Origin: Sphyrna mokarran
Taxonomy: Eukaryota
Length of the DNA stretch: 64,000 nucleotides
Assembly: GCA_024679065.1 (NCBI GenBank)
Contig: JAGIQG010000002.1
Location: 130,138,001 to 130,202,000, forward strand
Direction: 5' to 3'
Below, piece after piece: positions 1 to 13,324 of the stretch. Made by a program: the position numbers and the translations under genes. Below the pieces are notes generated by a model that saw only the letters and a list, made by a program, of their open reading frames with translations, was not told the origin of the DNA and searched no databases. Position 1 is the first letter of the stretch, and each line of letters starts with the position of its first letter.

Positions 1-837
1 TCCTTGGCGGCTGCTGTGTACTCTGTTACTGAAACAACTGGTGCTCTTGTTCCTCTCTTTTTTTTAACAACTCAGATCCCCACTCCCACTCCAAGTGGAT
101 CTGTTTGCACTGCTGGAGTCACCTGTTGACTCTTGTATCAGGCATTAGTTTTCTCGTCGGGAGACTCGTGCGTTCCTTGATGCAACATTCTAACTTCTCT
201 ACAATGCAGGAGACCAGCCTTTTCCTTCACATTCAATTCCCTTGCCCTACTCTACAGTTTTTTTTTCTAGAGAAATTTTGGTTGCTGCCAATAATTTCTT
301 TCATGTGTTATGGTTTTTTTTATACCGTAGACCAAATGTTCCCTCAACATTTCTTTTAAAGCTCGATTTGAATTAACAGTGCTCTGCTAATCCTCTCAAT
401 CTGGCCATGAAGCTTGAAACTGTCTCCCAGGATCTTGGACTACTGAGGTGAAATTCGTACTTCAACGTAATGATTAGAAGCCAGGAATTAAATGATTCTT
501 AACCAGCTCAACTATCTGGTCAAAAGACTGAATGTCTGGAGCATGAAGTGACATTAAACTTCTGACTAAACTGTAAGCCTGTGGCCAGAAACTGAGCTGA
601 ATAACCTTTTGCTTTTCTTCAATTGTTATCTCATTTGCTGCAGAACAAAATTGGGCCTCTCTATAAGCTTGCCCCAGTTTACAACTTTGGGGTCAAAATG
701 TTCTAATTTCCCGGTCAAGGACAGTTTGATATGTGCCTGTGTCTTGCTATCTCTTACTTTCAATGCTCCAATCTCTTCCCCCTGTAGCTTTGCGCTGCGA
801 TCTCTAAGGATCTTGGGATTATATTCCTTGACACCAG

Positions 838-1109
838 TGTAATAAATCAAGGATGATTTGATGACGCTTCAGAATAAAAGGACTTTATTGTCATCACAAT
901 GATTCATTATATATACACAAATAGAATCTGTCAGAATTACTATGCAACTGTATATCACTCCTCCCAGACCCCAAATGCCAGTCCTTCCCAATCAAAGATA
1001 CATGCCCTTGCACTTGATTAGCTTTGCTGTCTGTCTCGACACGCCGTAGAGTCCAGCCTTGACCATGTGGCTCCCAGGAGTGCCTCCTTAAAGGTACCAT
1101 GCTACCGCA
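838..1109 (-). mobile_element. Possible solo LTR remnant
   Basis: Bounded by TGTAAT...CCGCA, with a minus-strand AATAAA; no convincing TSD. Confidence 0.3.
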
Positions 1110-1129
1110 GACATCAATCTGTTAACGCT

Positions 1130-1390
1130 GAGTGGCATAACGGTTTGCACTGCTACCCTACAGCGCTAGGGACCTGAGTTCAATTCCAGCTTGGGTTACT
1201 GTCTGTGCAGTCTGCACAGTCTCCCCATTTCTGCATGGGTTTCCTTCCACAGTCTGAAAGATGTTCTGGTTAGATGCATTGACCATGCTAAATTCTTCCT
1301 CAGTGTATCCGGAGTGTGGCGACCAGGGGATCTTCACAGTAACTTCATTGCAGTATTAATATAAGCCTACTTGTGACATTAATAAACTTC
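1130..1390 (+). mobile_element. V-SINE (HE1-like body), type-B tail
   Basis: tRNA-like head with A/B boxes, V-domain, tail TTCACAGTAACTTCATTGCAGT...CTACTTGTGACATTAATAAAC. Confidence 0.88.
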
Positions 1391-2483
1391 AACTGTGAAA
1401 TCGTGCAGCATCTGCAGAGCTTTTCCAACATTTTCTGTTGTTATTTTTACTTTTAAAACAATTAGATTCAAGAATGGAATGTCCATGATATTAGTGTAGG
1501 AACGGCAAGGAAACTAATCATGTTGTGACATCTATTCTACCCCTAGAGGTTGGGATTGTAAGGTGACATTTTGCATTTGTATTTTCCATTGTAAATGTGA
1601 ATATACGAAATGAGTTGACAGGAGCCGTAAGCAAATGGAAGCATATCCTAAATAGAGCACTTGCTCTTAACGGGTGGTGTTAACACTCGTGGCATGAACT
1701 CTCTCTGTTTTCCCCTTGCTAATCCAGTTCAATGCAACTCAGCCTAATCTCCTTGCTTAAGCTGATAAAATGAATTATAAATAAACAGCACAATGGTAAT
1801 CATCGGCACAGAGGACTTTGTGTGTGGGAATTAAAACTTTTTGGTTTTCAGAATGCCACCGATATGCTCTGTGTTTACCTGTGTAGTCAGTGCTGCTGAA
1901 ATTATCGTGAAGTTTAAGTTTGCTTATTAGTGTCACAAGTAGACTTACATTATTTTATCAAGTCTATCAATCGTTTCTAACTCTAAAATATATTTCTGAT
2001 GATTCAGTAAATGATATATAATTGGGAATTTCTGAGAGATTTCTAATGAACTTGAAGGAGAAATGGTTGTATTATTTAGTATAAGGGTGCTTTTTGGATT
2101 TGAAACAAAAGTATTTTAAAAATATTTAAGAAAATGTGGGATTCAAATCCGTAGTGTGTGGATTAAAAGTCACATTATCTCCCCACTGAGATAGTGAGGT
2201 TACCTAAGAACTAAGGCAAGATAAATGGAAGTGATTCACTTTAGAGTCAAGTAGTCGCTAATAAGACCAGTGTGTAGGGTACTGATCCAAATCTAAAGTA
2301 TATTCATGAGCCTTTTTGATTTTTTGCAACAATTTGGTGATCCCTTGTCTACTTTTATTTCCAGATTTCTTCAGATTAATGAATATTCTCAAACTTCCAA
2401 AGTGGGATATATGGCAGATTATTAGCACAGATGCCTGATTTACCAGTTCATTGGTATAACCATTGCACAACCATATCTCTGTT

Positions 2484-2787
2484 GGGGCATGGTGACACAG
2501 TGGTTAGCACTGCTGCTTCACAGTGCCGGGGATCCAGGTTTGATTCCTGGCTTGGGTCACTGTCTGTATGGAATTTGCACATTCTCCCCATGTCTGTGTG
2601 GGTTTCCTCTTGGTGCTTTCTTCCCATAGCCTGAAACACATGCTGGTTAGGTGGATTGGCCATAGTAAATGCTCCCTCAGTGTACCTGAATAGGCGCCGG
2701 AGTGTGGCAACTAGGGGTTTTTCACAGTAACTTCATTGCAATGTCAATGTACATCTACTTGTAACACTAATAAATAAACTTAAACTA
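2484..2787 (+). mobile_element. V-SINE, type-B tail, full length
   Basis: GGCATGGTGACACAGTGGTTAGCACTGCTGC head; ends CTAATAAATAAACTTAAACT. Confidence 0.9.
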
Positions 2788-3094
2788 TCAAATATACCTA
2801 ATTAAAATTATTTAATTCAATATTTAGCCCTTAAATGCAATTTTAATTTGCAGATGAGTACTGAATATTAGTAATGACATTTTAAACAAGACCACAATTA
2901 TTCTAGTTCGTTACAACCCAAGTGTTCATGAGCGTATTTTTCAATTTTAAAGTTCTATTACCTTGTATTTTCTTCTAAGCTAATGAAGAGCTTATCCATG
3001 GAGAGTTAGTGTTATTGTAATAAGTAATGGTGCTATCTTCAATTACACCTTCAGTGAGATAATGTTGGGATTGTGCCTTTGGCTCTTTGCAAAT

Positions 3095-3422
3095 GTGTGG
3101 TACAGTGGTTAGCACTGCTGCCTTACAGCAGCAGGGACCTGGATTTGATTTAAAGTGTGGGTGACTGTGTGTGAAGTTTGCATATTTTCCTGTGTCTGTG
3201 TGGGTTTCCTCTGGGTGCTCTGGTTTCCTCCCACAATCCAAGGATTTGCAGGTTAGCTGGATTGGCCAAGACAAATAGAGTCAAAGATGTGTAAATTAGG
3301 GGATTAGTGCAGTAAGTACGTGGAGTTACAGAGATTGGACCAGGATGGGAGGAACTGTTGGAGAACCAGTACAGGCTGAATGGGCTGAGTGGCCTCCTGT
3401 TGCAGTGTAGGGGTTCTATGAT
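3095..3422 (+). mobile_element. HE1-like V-SINE, CR1-type tail
   Basis: Head, V-domain, tail GGGCTGAGTGGCCTCC...GTGTAGGGTTCTATG. Confidence 0.88.
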
Positions 3423-4689
3423 GCTTTTCTAATCCATTTCTTTCAAGTAGTGTGGCGCTACAGCCCATGCCAAAGCTGTGGAGTAGCTGTTTTCCAGCAT
3501 GAGGTGTAATTTATTATTGCACTTGCTGTTTTCTATTTAAATAGTGAGCAAGAAAATCTATTAAATTGTCGTTGCTTTTGCTGTTTTATCAACCTGGAGG
3601 ACTGGGGAGAAAGGAATGTTCCACTTGAGTAATAACCTTCAAGCTTCTGTATGTTGGCAGGGGATTAAAAGATTATCGGGCAGAGCCAGAAACAGAGCAT
3701 GGGAAATCCTTCTTTTAATAGCATTGAACCCATTGGTTTTTGGAATATCCGGTTTGGCTTTCACTTCTGAACTGTACTGATGAAATTGGCACATTGCCTG
3801 AATTTGATACTGTGTTGAGGAAAATTTCAGAATCTGGAAAAAAGTTTGGGGAGCTTTGGAACCTGACATGTAAATAGTTGAAAAGCAAGACTAGCAGACA
3901 GTTTTGTTGCAGGTTGTGGTTTTTTTAAATAACACTTTTTATCGGGAGAGGATGAGTGGACGGTTTTTTCTTTAATTGCTCAACATTGTTATTCTGAGGC
4001 TTGGAGGATGGGAGATATTGAGGAAGTTTTTTTTTACTCCTCCTGTGAAGATTTCTCATGTCTTACTCTTTCTAAGCACTACATGTTGATGCAATGGACT
4101 GCTGTTAATGGTAAGGCCAAGTGTAAAATCAAGTAACTTGTGATTCTCCTGGCCTGTTGCACTTTTTGAACAAAGCAGTGGGCTGGAAAATGTCAATTGG
4201 GAGGTGGGGGGGTGTCCATAGCGTGATTTGCCACTAGTGTCCAGTGGATCACGACTTCCTCAGGCCATTTCTTATAAACATATGATATGGAAATCTAAAT
4301 TTCCATGGTGTTAGTGAGACCGGGATGGTATCGCATGCTTCGCTAACATGTGCCCCCTGTGCTGGGAAAGATTCCTCCACTGGGGATTAAAGCTGATCCC
4401 CATCAATGAGAACCAGGCGTGATCACCTTGCTGGTGGAGATGGAGACTATTGAGTCCATCCCCTGCCTGGGAGTTCGGGGACTGGGGGTTGGGGCAATGC
4501 CCCTTGTGCAATGCCAGTCTAGCTGTGCCAGCCTGTCACTCTTCTTTGAATTAATATATCAAATTGGGTTCCCAAGAATAGATTTTCACATCAGTTTCCT
4601 TGGGTTTTAAAAACCAAGGTCTGTGAAATTACCAAATTTCTGCTCGTCAATTTTGATGGAATGAACGATATGTTCTGTTGCGCTGGACT

Positions 4690-4890
4690 AATATCTGTGG
4701 AATTTGTTACTCCAAAGTGCAGTGGATGCTAGGACAGTGAGTAAATTTAAGGAGGAGTGAGACAAATTTTTAATTGATAATGGGTTGAAGGATTATAGGG
4801 AGAAGGCAGGAAAATGGGGATGAAGAGCATATCAGCCATGAGTGAATGTGGAGCAGACTTGATGGGCCAAATGGCTTAATTCTACTCATA
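4690..4890 (+). mobile_element. CR1 LINE 3' fragment
   Basis: TGTGGAATTTGTTACTCCAAAGTGCAGTGGATGCT...GATGGGCCAAATGGC matches the CR1 ORF2 end and 3' UTR. Confidence 0.75.
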
Positions 4891-5299
4891 TGTCTTGTGA
4901 ACTTCCAGCACTGTTGTCAATGATTTCCATTTGAGCAACTGGCTCTTCTTTGAAAGCTAGGGTGAGCATGGGGATTTTGGAGAAGTGCATCCACATTTCC
5001 GGGAAATTCCTGTTCATAAATCTTTGCTTTTGGAGCACTGGAGTGTGATGGTGAAAAGGATATTTTGGCAAAATGCTTTTGAAATTCAAGATATTCAGCA
5101 AGACTTTTCTATTTTTATGCATCTTTCTTGCCATGTGTTGTAGATTTCACCCTTCAAATATCTGTTTCCAAAATAGATCACTCCATTGCATTTAGCCGAG
5201 ACATCAGATAAATGCTCATTCCTTCTTTTGCTCTGTAATATTGCCTTGACTCAGCTTATTAGGATTCATCTGTGTCAGATTGTTGCTGCAAAATACAAT

Positions 5300-7220
5300 A
5301 ATGACTGTACGGGAGTGGGGGAGGGGAATGAAGAGCTATAGTGATAGAGAATTCGTTAGTTAGGGAAGCGGACATGTTTCGGCGGCTGAAGACATGGTTC
5401 CAAGCTGGGGTGTTGCCATCATGGTCAGGGATATCATTGAATGGATGCAGGGCATCCTGATAGGGGAGATTGATGAGTTAGAGTTTGTGGTATATATTGG
5501 TATCAATGATATAGTAAACTGAAGAGTGAGGCCTTTTATACAAGGAGCTTGGCAGTAGATTAAGATGTCTCTAAGATTGCTTGATTTTTCTATTTCTATA
5601 CTCACTAGCACGTCTCTTAGAATCTTACAATGTGGCTTAAGAGTTGGTGCAGGATGGAGGGTTTTCAATTCCTGGATCACTGGGATTGTTACTGGGAAAT
5701 GTGGCATATGTACAGGTGAGATGATTGACATCTGAATCACACTGGGGCCAACATCTTTGCAGGTAGGCTTGCTCGTGCTCTTGGGAGGGATTTGATCTAG
5801 TTTGGCAGGAGAGAGGGACACAAGACATTAGGAAAATAGAGACATATGCTATACTAAAGGGAGCAAGTCAGAGTGAGTTCAGCTACACGAATGTCAAGAG
5901 AGTACAGCAAGGCTGGTAATCCTTACTTTAATGTTAGGAGTGTAATAGATGAACTGCTGAGTTAAGGGAGTGAGTTGAAGTCTGGAAGTCTGACATTGTT
6001 GTCATCACAGAGATATGGTCGAGGGAAGAGCAAGATTGGCAACTTAACAGTTCAGAGTATTGGATCTTTAGGCAAGACAGAGGAGAGTGTAACAAGGGAG
6101 GTGGTGTTAACTGTTATGGAATCAATTACTGTCATAAGGAGAGATGATATCTTGGAAGAGTCTTCAAATGAGGTGAACTTAGAAATATAAAGAGGGCAGC
6201 TACATTAGTAGGGGTGTATCATAGCTAAAGAGTCAGTGGGAAATAGAGAAGCAGATGTATAGACAATTTGCTGAGGTGCATAAGAATAATAATTGGATAA
6301 TTATGCGAGGGGATTTCAATTTCTGCAACACATTTTGGGATATCATAGTGTGAAGAGACCAAAGAAAGTGGATTTCTTCAGATTCATTCAGGGGAGTTTT
6401 TTTGTATCAATATGTTCAAGGTCTTGCGTGGGATGGATTAATGCTGGGGAATTAAAATGGAAAAGTCTTCAATGTGGCAGTGGGGCAGCATTTTAATGAA
6501 AGTGACCATAACTTGGTATGGTTCGAATTTGTTATGGACAAGGAGAAATATGGCTTTGTAAAAGATGGATTTGGAAAGCAGATTTTATTCAAATAAGGCA
6601 GGTTCTAGCCAAAGTTACTGGGGACACTTCTTGTGGGAAAATGTTTAGCAGAGCAGTGGGGAGACATTCAAAAAGCAAATGCGGAGAGTATAGCTCTAAC
6701 ATGCCCTCTATAAGGAAAAAGTAGGAGCAATAAACTCAGAACCCTGGATGTCTAGAACAATTCCGGCCTAGGTAAAGAAGAAAAGAGAGGCTTCTGGTGA
6801 GACTGAAGGGAGCAATTCAGTTGCAGCGCTAGAGGAATATAGAAAATTTCCTTTTGCACTTCAGAAATTAATTAGAAGAGCAAAAAGGGCGTATGAAAAA
6901 GACAAGATCTTAGTCTCTTCTTCATTTAGAAGATATTAGGGAAGATCCTAACTGTGGAAAGAGAGGGGTTCATTAGAGACCAGGGAGGCAATGTGTGTGT
7001 GAAGCTACAGGACATTGGAAGAGTGTTAGATGAATGCTTCTCATTGGTCTTCACTCAGGAGAAAGTGGGAATAGGTACAGAATTCAGGAAAAGGGACTGA
7101 GGACCACGAGCAGTTTGACACGGGAAGTGAAAAGATATTAGAGGTCTTGACGGCTAAAAATGGACAAATCCCCAGGCCCAGATGAATTGCATCCCAGGGT
7201 GTGGTAGGAGGCAAGGGGCT
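5300..7220 (+). mobile_element. Decayed CR1 LINE (ORF1 esterase-like and ORF2 endonuclease region)
   Basis: Frameshifted motifs HIGTND-like (about 5495), GDFN (about 6310) and KSPGPDELHPR (about 7165); many stops. Confidence 0.8.
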
Positions 7221-7596
7221 CTACACATGAGGATGGCTTCAACCGGGATCTTGGGTTCATGTCACAGTATCTGTAACTCCCAAGATTTGCCTGGGCTTGC
7301 AAAATCCCATTAACTATCCTGGCTGGAGAAAATATACATCTCTAACTTGTGCTTAACTCTCTCTCCACTCACATTGTCTGTATCTGTAAGACTTGATTAC
7401 CTGTAAAGAATTGCATTCCAACCATTATTTTGAAATTTGAGTTTGTCTTTATATGCCCTGTTTGTGAACAGAACTCCCACAGTGTTCTGAAAGCTAGTGG
7501 CTTATGCTACCAAATAAACCTGTCAGACTTTAAGCTGGTGTTGTGAGACTTCTTACTGTGTTTACCCCAGTCCAACGAGAACATCTCTACATCATG
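7221..7596 (+). mobile_element. Penelope-like element pseudo-LTR
   Basis: Begins with a GIY-YIG C-terminal remnant (THEDGFNRDLGFMS); ends CATCTCTACATCATG; homologous to 18250-18517 and 30700-31115; hammerhead core deleted in this copy. Confidence 0.8.
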
Positions 7597-7840
7597 AATT
7601 CTATTCTGCCACTTGACTCTTGCTGCCAGGACTCCAAATTGATTTAAGTTCATTGCTCCAATTGCTTTTCAGCATGACTTTTATGATGCCTTTCTGATAG
7701 TGACCAGAATTGTGAGGCTTAACTAGCTAATTGGAGGTTAAAGTGTGAACCTGTATTGCCTTGGGGTTTAAAAGGTTGAGCGGGGATCTAATTAAAACTA
7801 TAAAGCGATAAAAGAGTTCACAGGTTAGAAGCAGAGAAAG

Positions 7841-8146
7841 GGCAGCATGGTGGCACAATGGTTAGCACAGCTGCCTTACAGTGCCAGGGACCGAGGTTGA
7901 TTCCTGGATTGGGTCACTGTCTGTGTGGAGTACACACATTCTCCCCATGTCTGCACGGGTTTCTTCCAGATGCTCCGGTTTCCTCCCACAGTCCAAAGAT
8001 ATACGGATTAGGTGGATTGGCCATGATGGATTGCCCCTTACTGTCAGGGGGACTAGCTAAGGTAAATGTATGTGTTTTTGGGAATGGGCCCTGGGTGGGA
8101 TTGTGGTTGTTGCAGGTTTGATGGGCTGAATCCTGCGATTCTATGA
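7841..8146 (+). mobile_element. HE1-like V-SINE inserted into a CR1 3' fragment (about 7760-8430)
   Basis: Full head GGGCAGCATGGTGGCACAATGGTTAGCAC to GATTCTATG; CR1 sequence resumes on both sides. Confidence 0.9.
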
Positions 8147-9002
8147 AAATCTTTCTCTGCAAAAGTCCAGAACAAGAGGGCACAAATTTAGCATTGGAAT
8201 TAATTCATTCATGAGTGAAATTGGGAATCGTTTATCCCCCTCTCATTAGTGGAAATGTAGGGTTCTGTCAATGTCTCTCCAAAAGAAAGTTTAAGTTGAT
8301 AGATTTTATTTTAAGTTATTGAAGAAATATGGATCAGAAGTGGGAAATGAGGTATAGATCGGCTGTGATTTAATTGAATGAATGGTGAACTGTCTCGAGG
8401 GACCAAATGGCCTGCTTCTGAGCTTTTACTTGTTTCTTGCTCTTCCTCAGACGTACAAAAGTTGAGCAGGTTGTTGATGAAAGTAGTCAGAGTATTTATT
8501 TCCCCTCTCAAAATCTATAGTTCATAAAATTCTGCTGAAGTTCAAAATTGGAAGTTCAATATTTTCTTTCAACAAAAACATGGCAAGCCAGTGCCTCACC
8601 ATGCTTAAAATCACCGGCTGGGTTTGCAGTATATATTTTTTTTGTGTCAAAATCTCTGATGCATACAGGCCGAAGGATTAGTCTCCAATTCTAGCCCCTC
8701 GATGGAGGGAGAACCTAAAGAGTATGATCTTTCCCCATGAGCCTTTTGTGATCAGCTGTCCCCCCCGTCTCTCCCCGCCAAGCTTTATTGAACCCTTAGC
8801 ACCCAGTCCTGGACCTTGGAATGTGCCTGTCCATAACGTACCTCCGTGGACTGTTCTTTGCTCTGCAAGGCCAAACGGTGAAAAGCGCGCCAGAGCATCT
8901 TTCAGAATTGATGGTCTGAAAACACCAGTTGATGTTTGGTGTGAAAGAAAATGGTTGTCTCTCATGAAGTGCCTCAAGGCTGGCCAAATTACTAAATGGA
9001 AT

Positions 9003-9290
9003 TCATAGAATCAGAGCATCCCTACAGTGCGGAAAGAGGCCATTTGGCCTGTCAAACCTGTGCCAACCCACAATCCCACGCAGGCCCTATTCCCATGACC
9101 CCATGTATTTACCTAGCTAATTCCCTGACACTCAATTTAATATGGCCAATGAGCCTGATCTGCAGATTTTTGGAATGTGGGAGGAAACCCATGCTGACAT
9201 GGGTAAAATGTGCAAACTTCGCACAGACTGTCATTCGAGACTGGAATTTAACCCGGGTTCCTGACACTGACAGGCCACTGTGCCACTCCA
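9003..9290 (-). mobile_element. HE1-like V-SINE, CR1-type tail
   Basis: CATAGAATC...CCCTACAGTGCGGAAAGAGGCCATTTGGCC is the reverse complement of the tail. Confidence 0.87.
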
Positions 9291-9382
9291 TAATCATATA
9301 TTGGATGTGATGTTTTGATTTGAGACTGGTGTCACATAGTCCAGAAGCAGCATTCCTTTAACAAAGAACAGTAGTGAATGAG

Positions 9383-9672
9383 TGGGCAGCACAGTAGTTA
9401 GCACTGCTGTCTCACTGCCAGGTTATAGGTTCAGTTCCTCTGGTCACTGTCTGTGTGGAGTTTGCACTTTTTCCCTGTCTCTACATGGATTTCCTCTGGG
9501 TATTCCAGTTTCCTCCCACAGTCCAACAATGTGCGAATTAGATTGATTGGCCACATTAAATTGACCCTTGTGTCAGGGGCATTGCAAGGTGAAATGTGTG
9601 GGATTGCAGAAACAGGGTAGGATTGTGGTTGATGCAGACTCGTTAGCTTTCTTCTGTACTGCAGGGATTCTA
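9383..9672 (+). mobile_element. HE1-like V-SINE, CR1-type tail
   Basis: Head, CTGTGTGGAGTTTGCAC V-domain, GCAGGGATTCTAT end. Confidence 0.87.
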
Positions 9673-10169
9673 TCCATCAATTTTGTTCTTCTACCACTTT
9701 GATAGTTACATTGTTACTTTCTTTGCTTATACTGGCTTTTTATTTTTTTTGAATTGAAGGGCTTCAAACTAGTACTCTCTGTGCATTATTAGTCTAGGGA
9801 TTGTGGATTACTTGTTCAGTAATACAACCACCACCCTACTGTTTTCCTTAATATTGGCACAGCTGGATAACTGATATACTGGGACTAACATAGAGTAAGC
9901 TCTGTCCTTTGTTTTTACTGGGCTAATGTAATACAGTGCCATTATTGCGGGACAGCACAGGATGCTTGCTTTAATATAGGCTGGCATTCAGTAAAGCTGT
10001 CAAGTGTGTATAATGTTTGTCCTTACACAGGTAGACACACAATGTTTTTTTTATAAACTCCCAAGTAACAAAGGTTCCATTTATTTAAATCCCAGCAATT
10101 ACCTGCTCTCAATTCTGTTGTCTTGCTCATAGTTTCTATGTTCCCACCCTTTGCCAACTGATGTCATTG

Positions 10170-10445
10170 CAGCAATGCTTTGGGAATTGTACCTCGAACT
10201 TGTCCCACTTTCCAGCGATAGTCTGTGTGGAGTTTGTACATTCTCGCCCTGCCTGTGTAGGTTTCCTCCTGCTGCTCTGGTTTCCTCCCACGCTCCAAAG
10301 ATGATATGTGGGTTAGGTTTATTGGCCGTGCTGAATTGACCCAGTTGCAGGGTAAATATGTGGGGTTACGGGAATAGGGCCCCGGTGGTCGGTGCAAACT
10401 TGCATGGACCGAATGGCCTCCTTCTGCACTGTAGGGAGTCTATGA
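10170..10445 (+). mobile_element. HE1-like V-SINE with degenerate head
   Basis: V-domain and GACCGAATGGCCTCCTTCTGCACTGTAGGGAGTCTATG tail. Confidence 0.85.
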
Positions 10446-11197
10446 TAGAAAGGGAGGAACGTTGCAAGAAATTAATTCAAGATTTTGAACTTCAGAAGGA
10501 GTGTTATTGGCAAGGGCTCCACCAACTTCCAGAATTAGGTTGTATCTAAAGCACTTAACTGCTGCTTGTTTGCTGGTGTGGATCGTACAGCAGTAATGCT
10601 GTCAACAGGAGTTTATCGACTTAGTGTCTGACATTAGATCAATTTAAATCCAGCGTCTGCGTATTGAAGATGGTGCAATTTAGCTACCTTCAGACCCAGG
10701 GAACTTCAATCGTGCCACAGTGGAAGAAAACCGAAAACATGTGAATTCATAGAGCATCTTTCTTGCATCCCAGTGAAGAGTAAGGTTAAAATCCTTGAGA
10801 GCAGCTGGTACAGGATTCGTAAATAGAAGTTTAGTCGGACAGTATTATTGTATATGTAGACATGGAATTCCACAGGAAGTATTGATGTGAACCCATCCCC
10901 AGCCCCTCTTTACAGACAATTGTGTGAAATGAACTATGGGAGGAGACTAATGTGGGACATAAACATTGGTGTGGATTGATTGAGTTAACCAGCTTGTTTC
11001 TGTACTGTTAACATTGTGTATTAAATAGGTCATTATTGACAACTCCTCTGAAGTGTATGAAAAATGGACCTTACTCCTAACACCAGGAAACTGAGGTCCT
11101 CTTCCAACCAATACCCACGGCAAGGCTCGTACCTATCAATTAAGGTCCTTGCTGAGATGCAGGAAAATGAGAGCTATTTCCCATACCTTGGGGATCT

Positions 11198-11495
11198 CGT
11201 AGTATCCCATAGTGCAGAAGATGTCATTTGGCCATTGAGTCTGCACTGAGTACAATCCTAGCCAGGCCCTAACTCCATTTACTCAAGCTAGTGTCCCTGA
11301 CACTATGAAGCAATTTAGCACAGCCAGTCAACCTAATCCACATATCCGTGGACTGTGGGAGGAAACTGGAGCCCCAGAGAAAACCCACACAGACATGAGG
11401 AGAATGTGTTAACTCCATATAGACAGTGGCTCAACCTGGGAATCAAACCTGGGGTCCTGGAACTGAGGCAGCAGTGCTAACCATTGTGCCACTGC
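11198..11495 (-). mobile_element. HE1-like V-SINE
   Basis: Reverse-complement head GGCAGCAGTGCTAACCATTGTGCCAC and tail. Confidence 0.87.
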
Positions 11496-11519
11496 CTCTC
11501 AGCAAAGGTGGGCATAGAT

Positions 11520-12427
11520 GACCAAATTTTTCTTGAGGTGCCTTCAGCAAATTAAAGAAAACAAACCAAACAAAGGTGCCTGTCACCAGACCCTTGATGC
11601 AACTGTTCTTCTCTGAACTCTGTCATGGTAGGAGACTTCCAGGAGAACAGTAGAAATGCTTTAAGGTTGTCCATAGAACATTCCTGAAGAGAACCAACAT
11701 ATCTGCTGGCTAATGCAAGATCCTGGCTTGTGACTGGAGTAAATGGAGAATACTCAGTCTGGAAGGCACCAAACATGTTGAAGCTTTGGGAAGTTGGAGG
11801 GATAGGTCAAGGTGCACAAACTTCCAAACAACCCATCTACCCGACCCTTCAACCACGTGACACAGTCTGCAGATCAATTTCCAAACCCATCAAACTGGAG
11901 TGGAAGCAAGTCATACTCAATTCTGAAAGATTGCCTAAAGAAGAAAAATAAGTTGGGTAGTTTCACCATAAGAAGGGAGAAACTGAAATGTGTCATGTAT
12001 TTCTGGAAAATAAAGGCTAAATATTTAAAAGCTTTTGGGATGGTGTTGGATCTTCCAGTAGTAGATCTTCCGTAAAAGATGCTCAGTGATATGTCTGAAA
12101 TCTTTTGGTTTTCCATAGCAAAATATTGTCCCCAGCTGAGTGTTGCTACTGCATTTTCCAATGCCCAAGACTGTGTGTTGAAGGATGCACTTTTGCTTGG
12201 GGCAGTAGTCACAGACACAATGGGAACAGTCACTATTTAAGACCTTTCTGCCATAGTATACCAAGGGGCTGGAAATTGTACGGAACCCTCCGGATTGTAT
12301 GACTTACACGAGAAGCATAATCTATGTAGAAAGTTGCAATATTATTGCCCTTTGTGATGGCCTATTTGTAATGTTTGCAATCTTTCATATATTTAATGAA
12401 TAAAATATATTTTCGCAAAAGAAAAAG
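11520..12427 (+). mobile_element. L1/Tx1-like LINE 3' fragment
   Basis: Decayed ORF2 C-terminus (QDCVLKDALLLGA-like) followed by ATGAATAAAATATATTTT and an A-rich tail. Confidence 0.6.
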
Positions 12428-13324
12428 CAGTGGCTAATTTGAAGTAATTTTTGCCATGTAATACTGAGCTCACTGAATCAGAGTTCAGTACTCCAGACAC
12501 AACATCATGCTTACATAAACTCTTTGCAGTTTGATTATAGACTGATGTCACTAATGTTTTATTATGGCGTAGTCCATAATGACGATGATCTGGCTGAAGT
12601 GAAATTTGTGCAATTTGAGGGTGATCCCCCCCAATATTGACGAGTTTTGGGCTTCAATGGACTTTGACCATTGCTGTGCTTGCAATTTTTCATGCTCCTA
12701 AGTGTTGCACTTTAAATCCATCTTTCAGTTAAGATTGACGGTGTGTTAATTGTGGAGTTTTTTATTTCTCTTGTTTTGTTTATTGGCAACTGTGTCAGCC
12801 TAAGCTTTCCATTCAAACTAAGCCTCCCCAGGACGCACAGCATCTGTGACTAAGCAAATGGACAAACTCCCATGAGGTGTGATGTTCTCTTCAGGTTGAT
12901 GTTGTTTTTGATTTATTGTGCGCTGTAAGCCCCATGTGTGTTCTATCTTTTTCTACCTACCTACTTTAAAACATACGTACTTCTTAAAAAAAATTATCCA
13001 TCATATATTGACACTCCTGTGGAGATCACCATTTGTTTTTCATCCCTGATTTGCTTTTTGACAAGGTGTAGTGAACGGTCATCTTGAACCATGGCATCTG
13101 TGTGGCTGGATCCCCAAGTGCTATTCTGTAGAGAGTTCTACAGTCTTAAGCCAGCAACAAAGCAGGAGAGATGGTGATGGAGTCCAAGTCAGGCTACTGT
13201 GAAGGGAACTTGGTGATGGTATCAGTTGCCCTCGCCCCTGTAGGTGATAGAAGTTGAGTGTTTGAGAGATGGTTGTGTTCCTTCTGCACTGGAGAAAAAG
13301 AACGGCTTTCCTTTGTGCCGCTCC

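Noticed and set aside
7841-7915. tRNA genes suggested by A/B boxes
   Set aside because: These are SINE heads running directly into the V-domain; no complete cloverleaf or Pol III terminator.
10669-10786. Possible first exon (GAAGATGG start, AGA|GTAAGG donor)
   Set aside because: The frame stops before the donor and the peptide does not resemble any KCC N-terminus.
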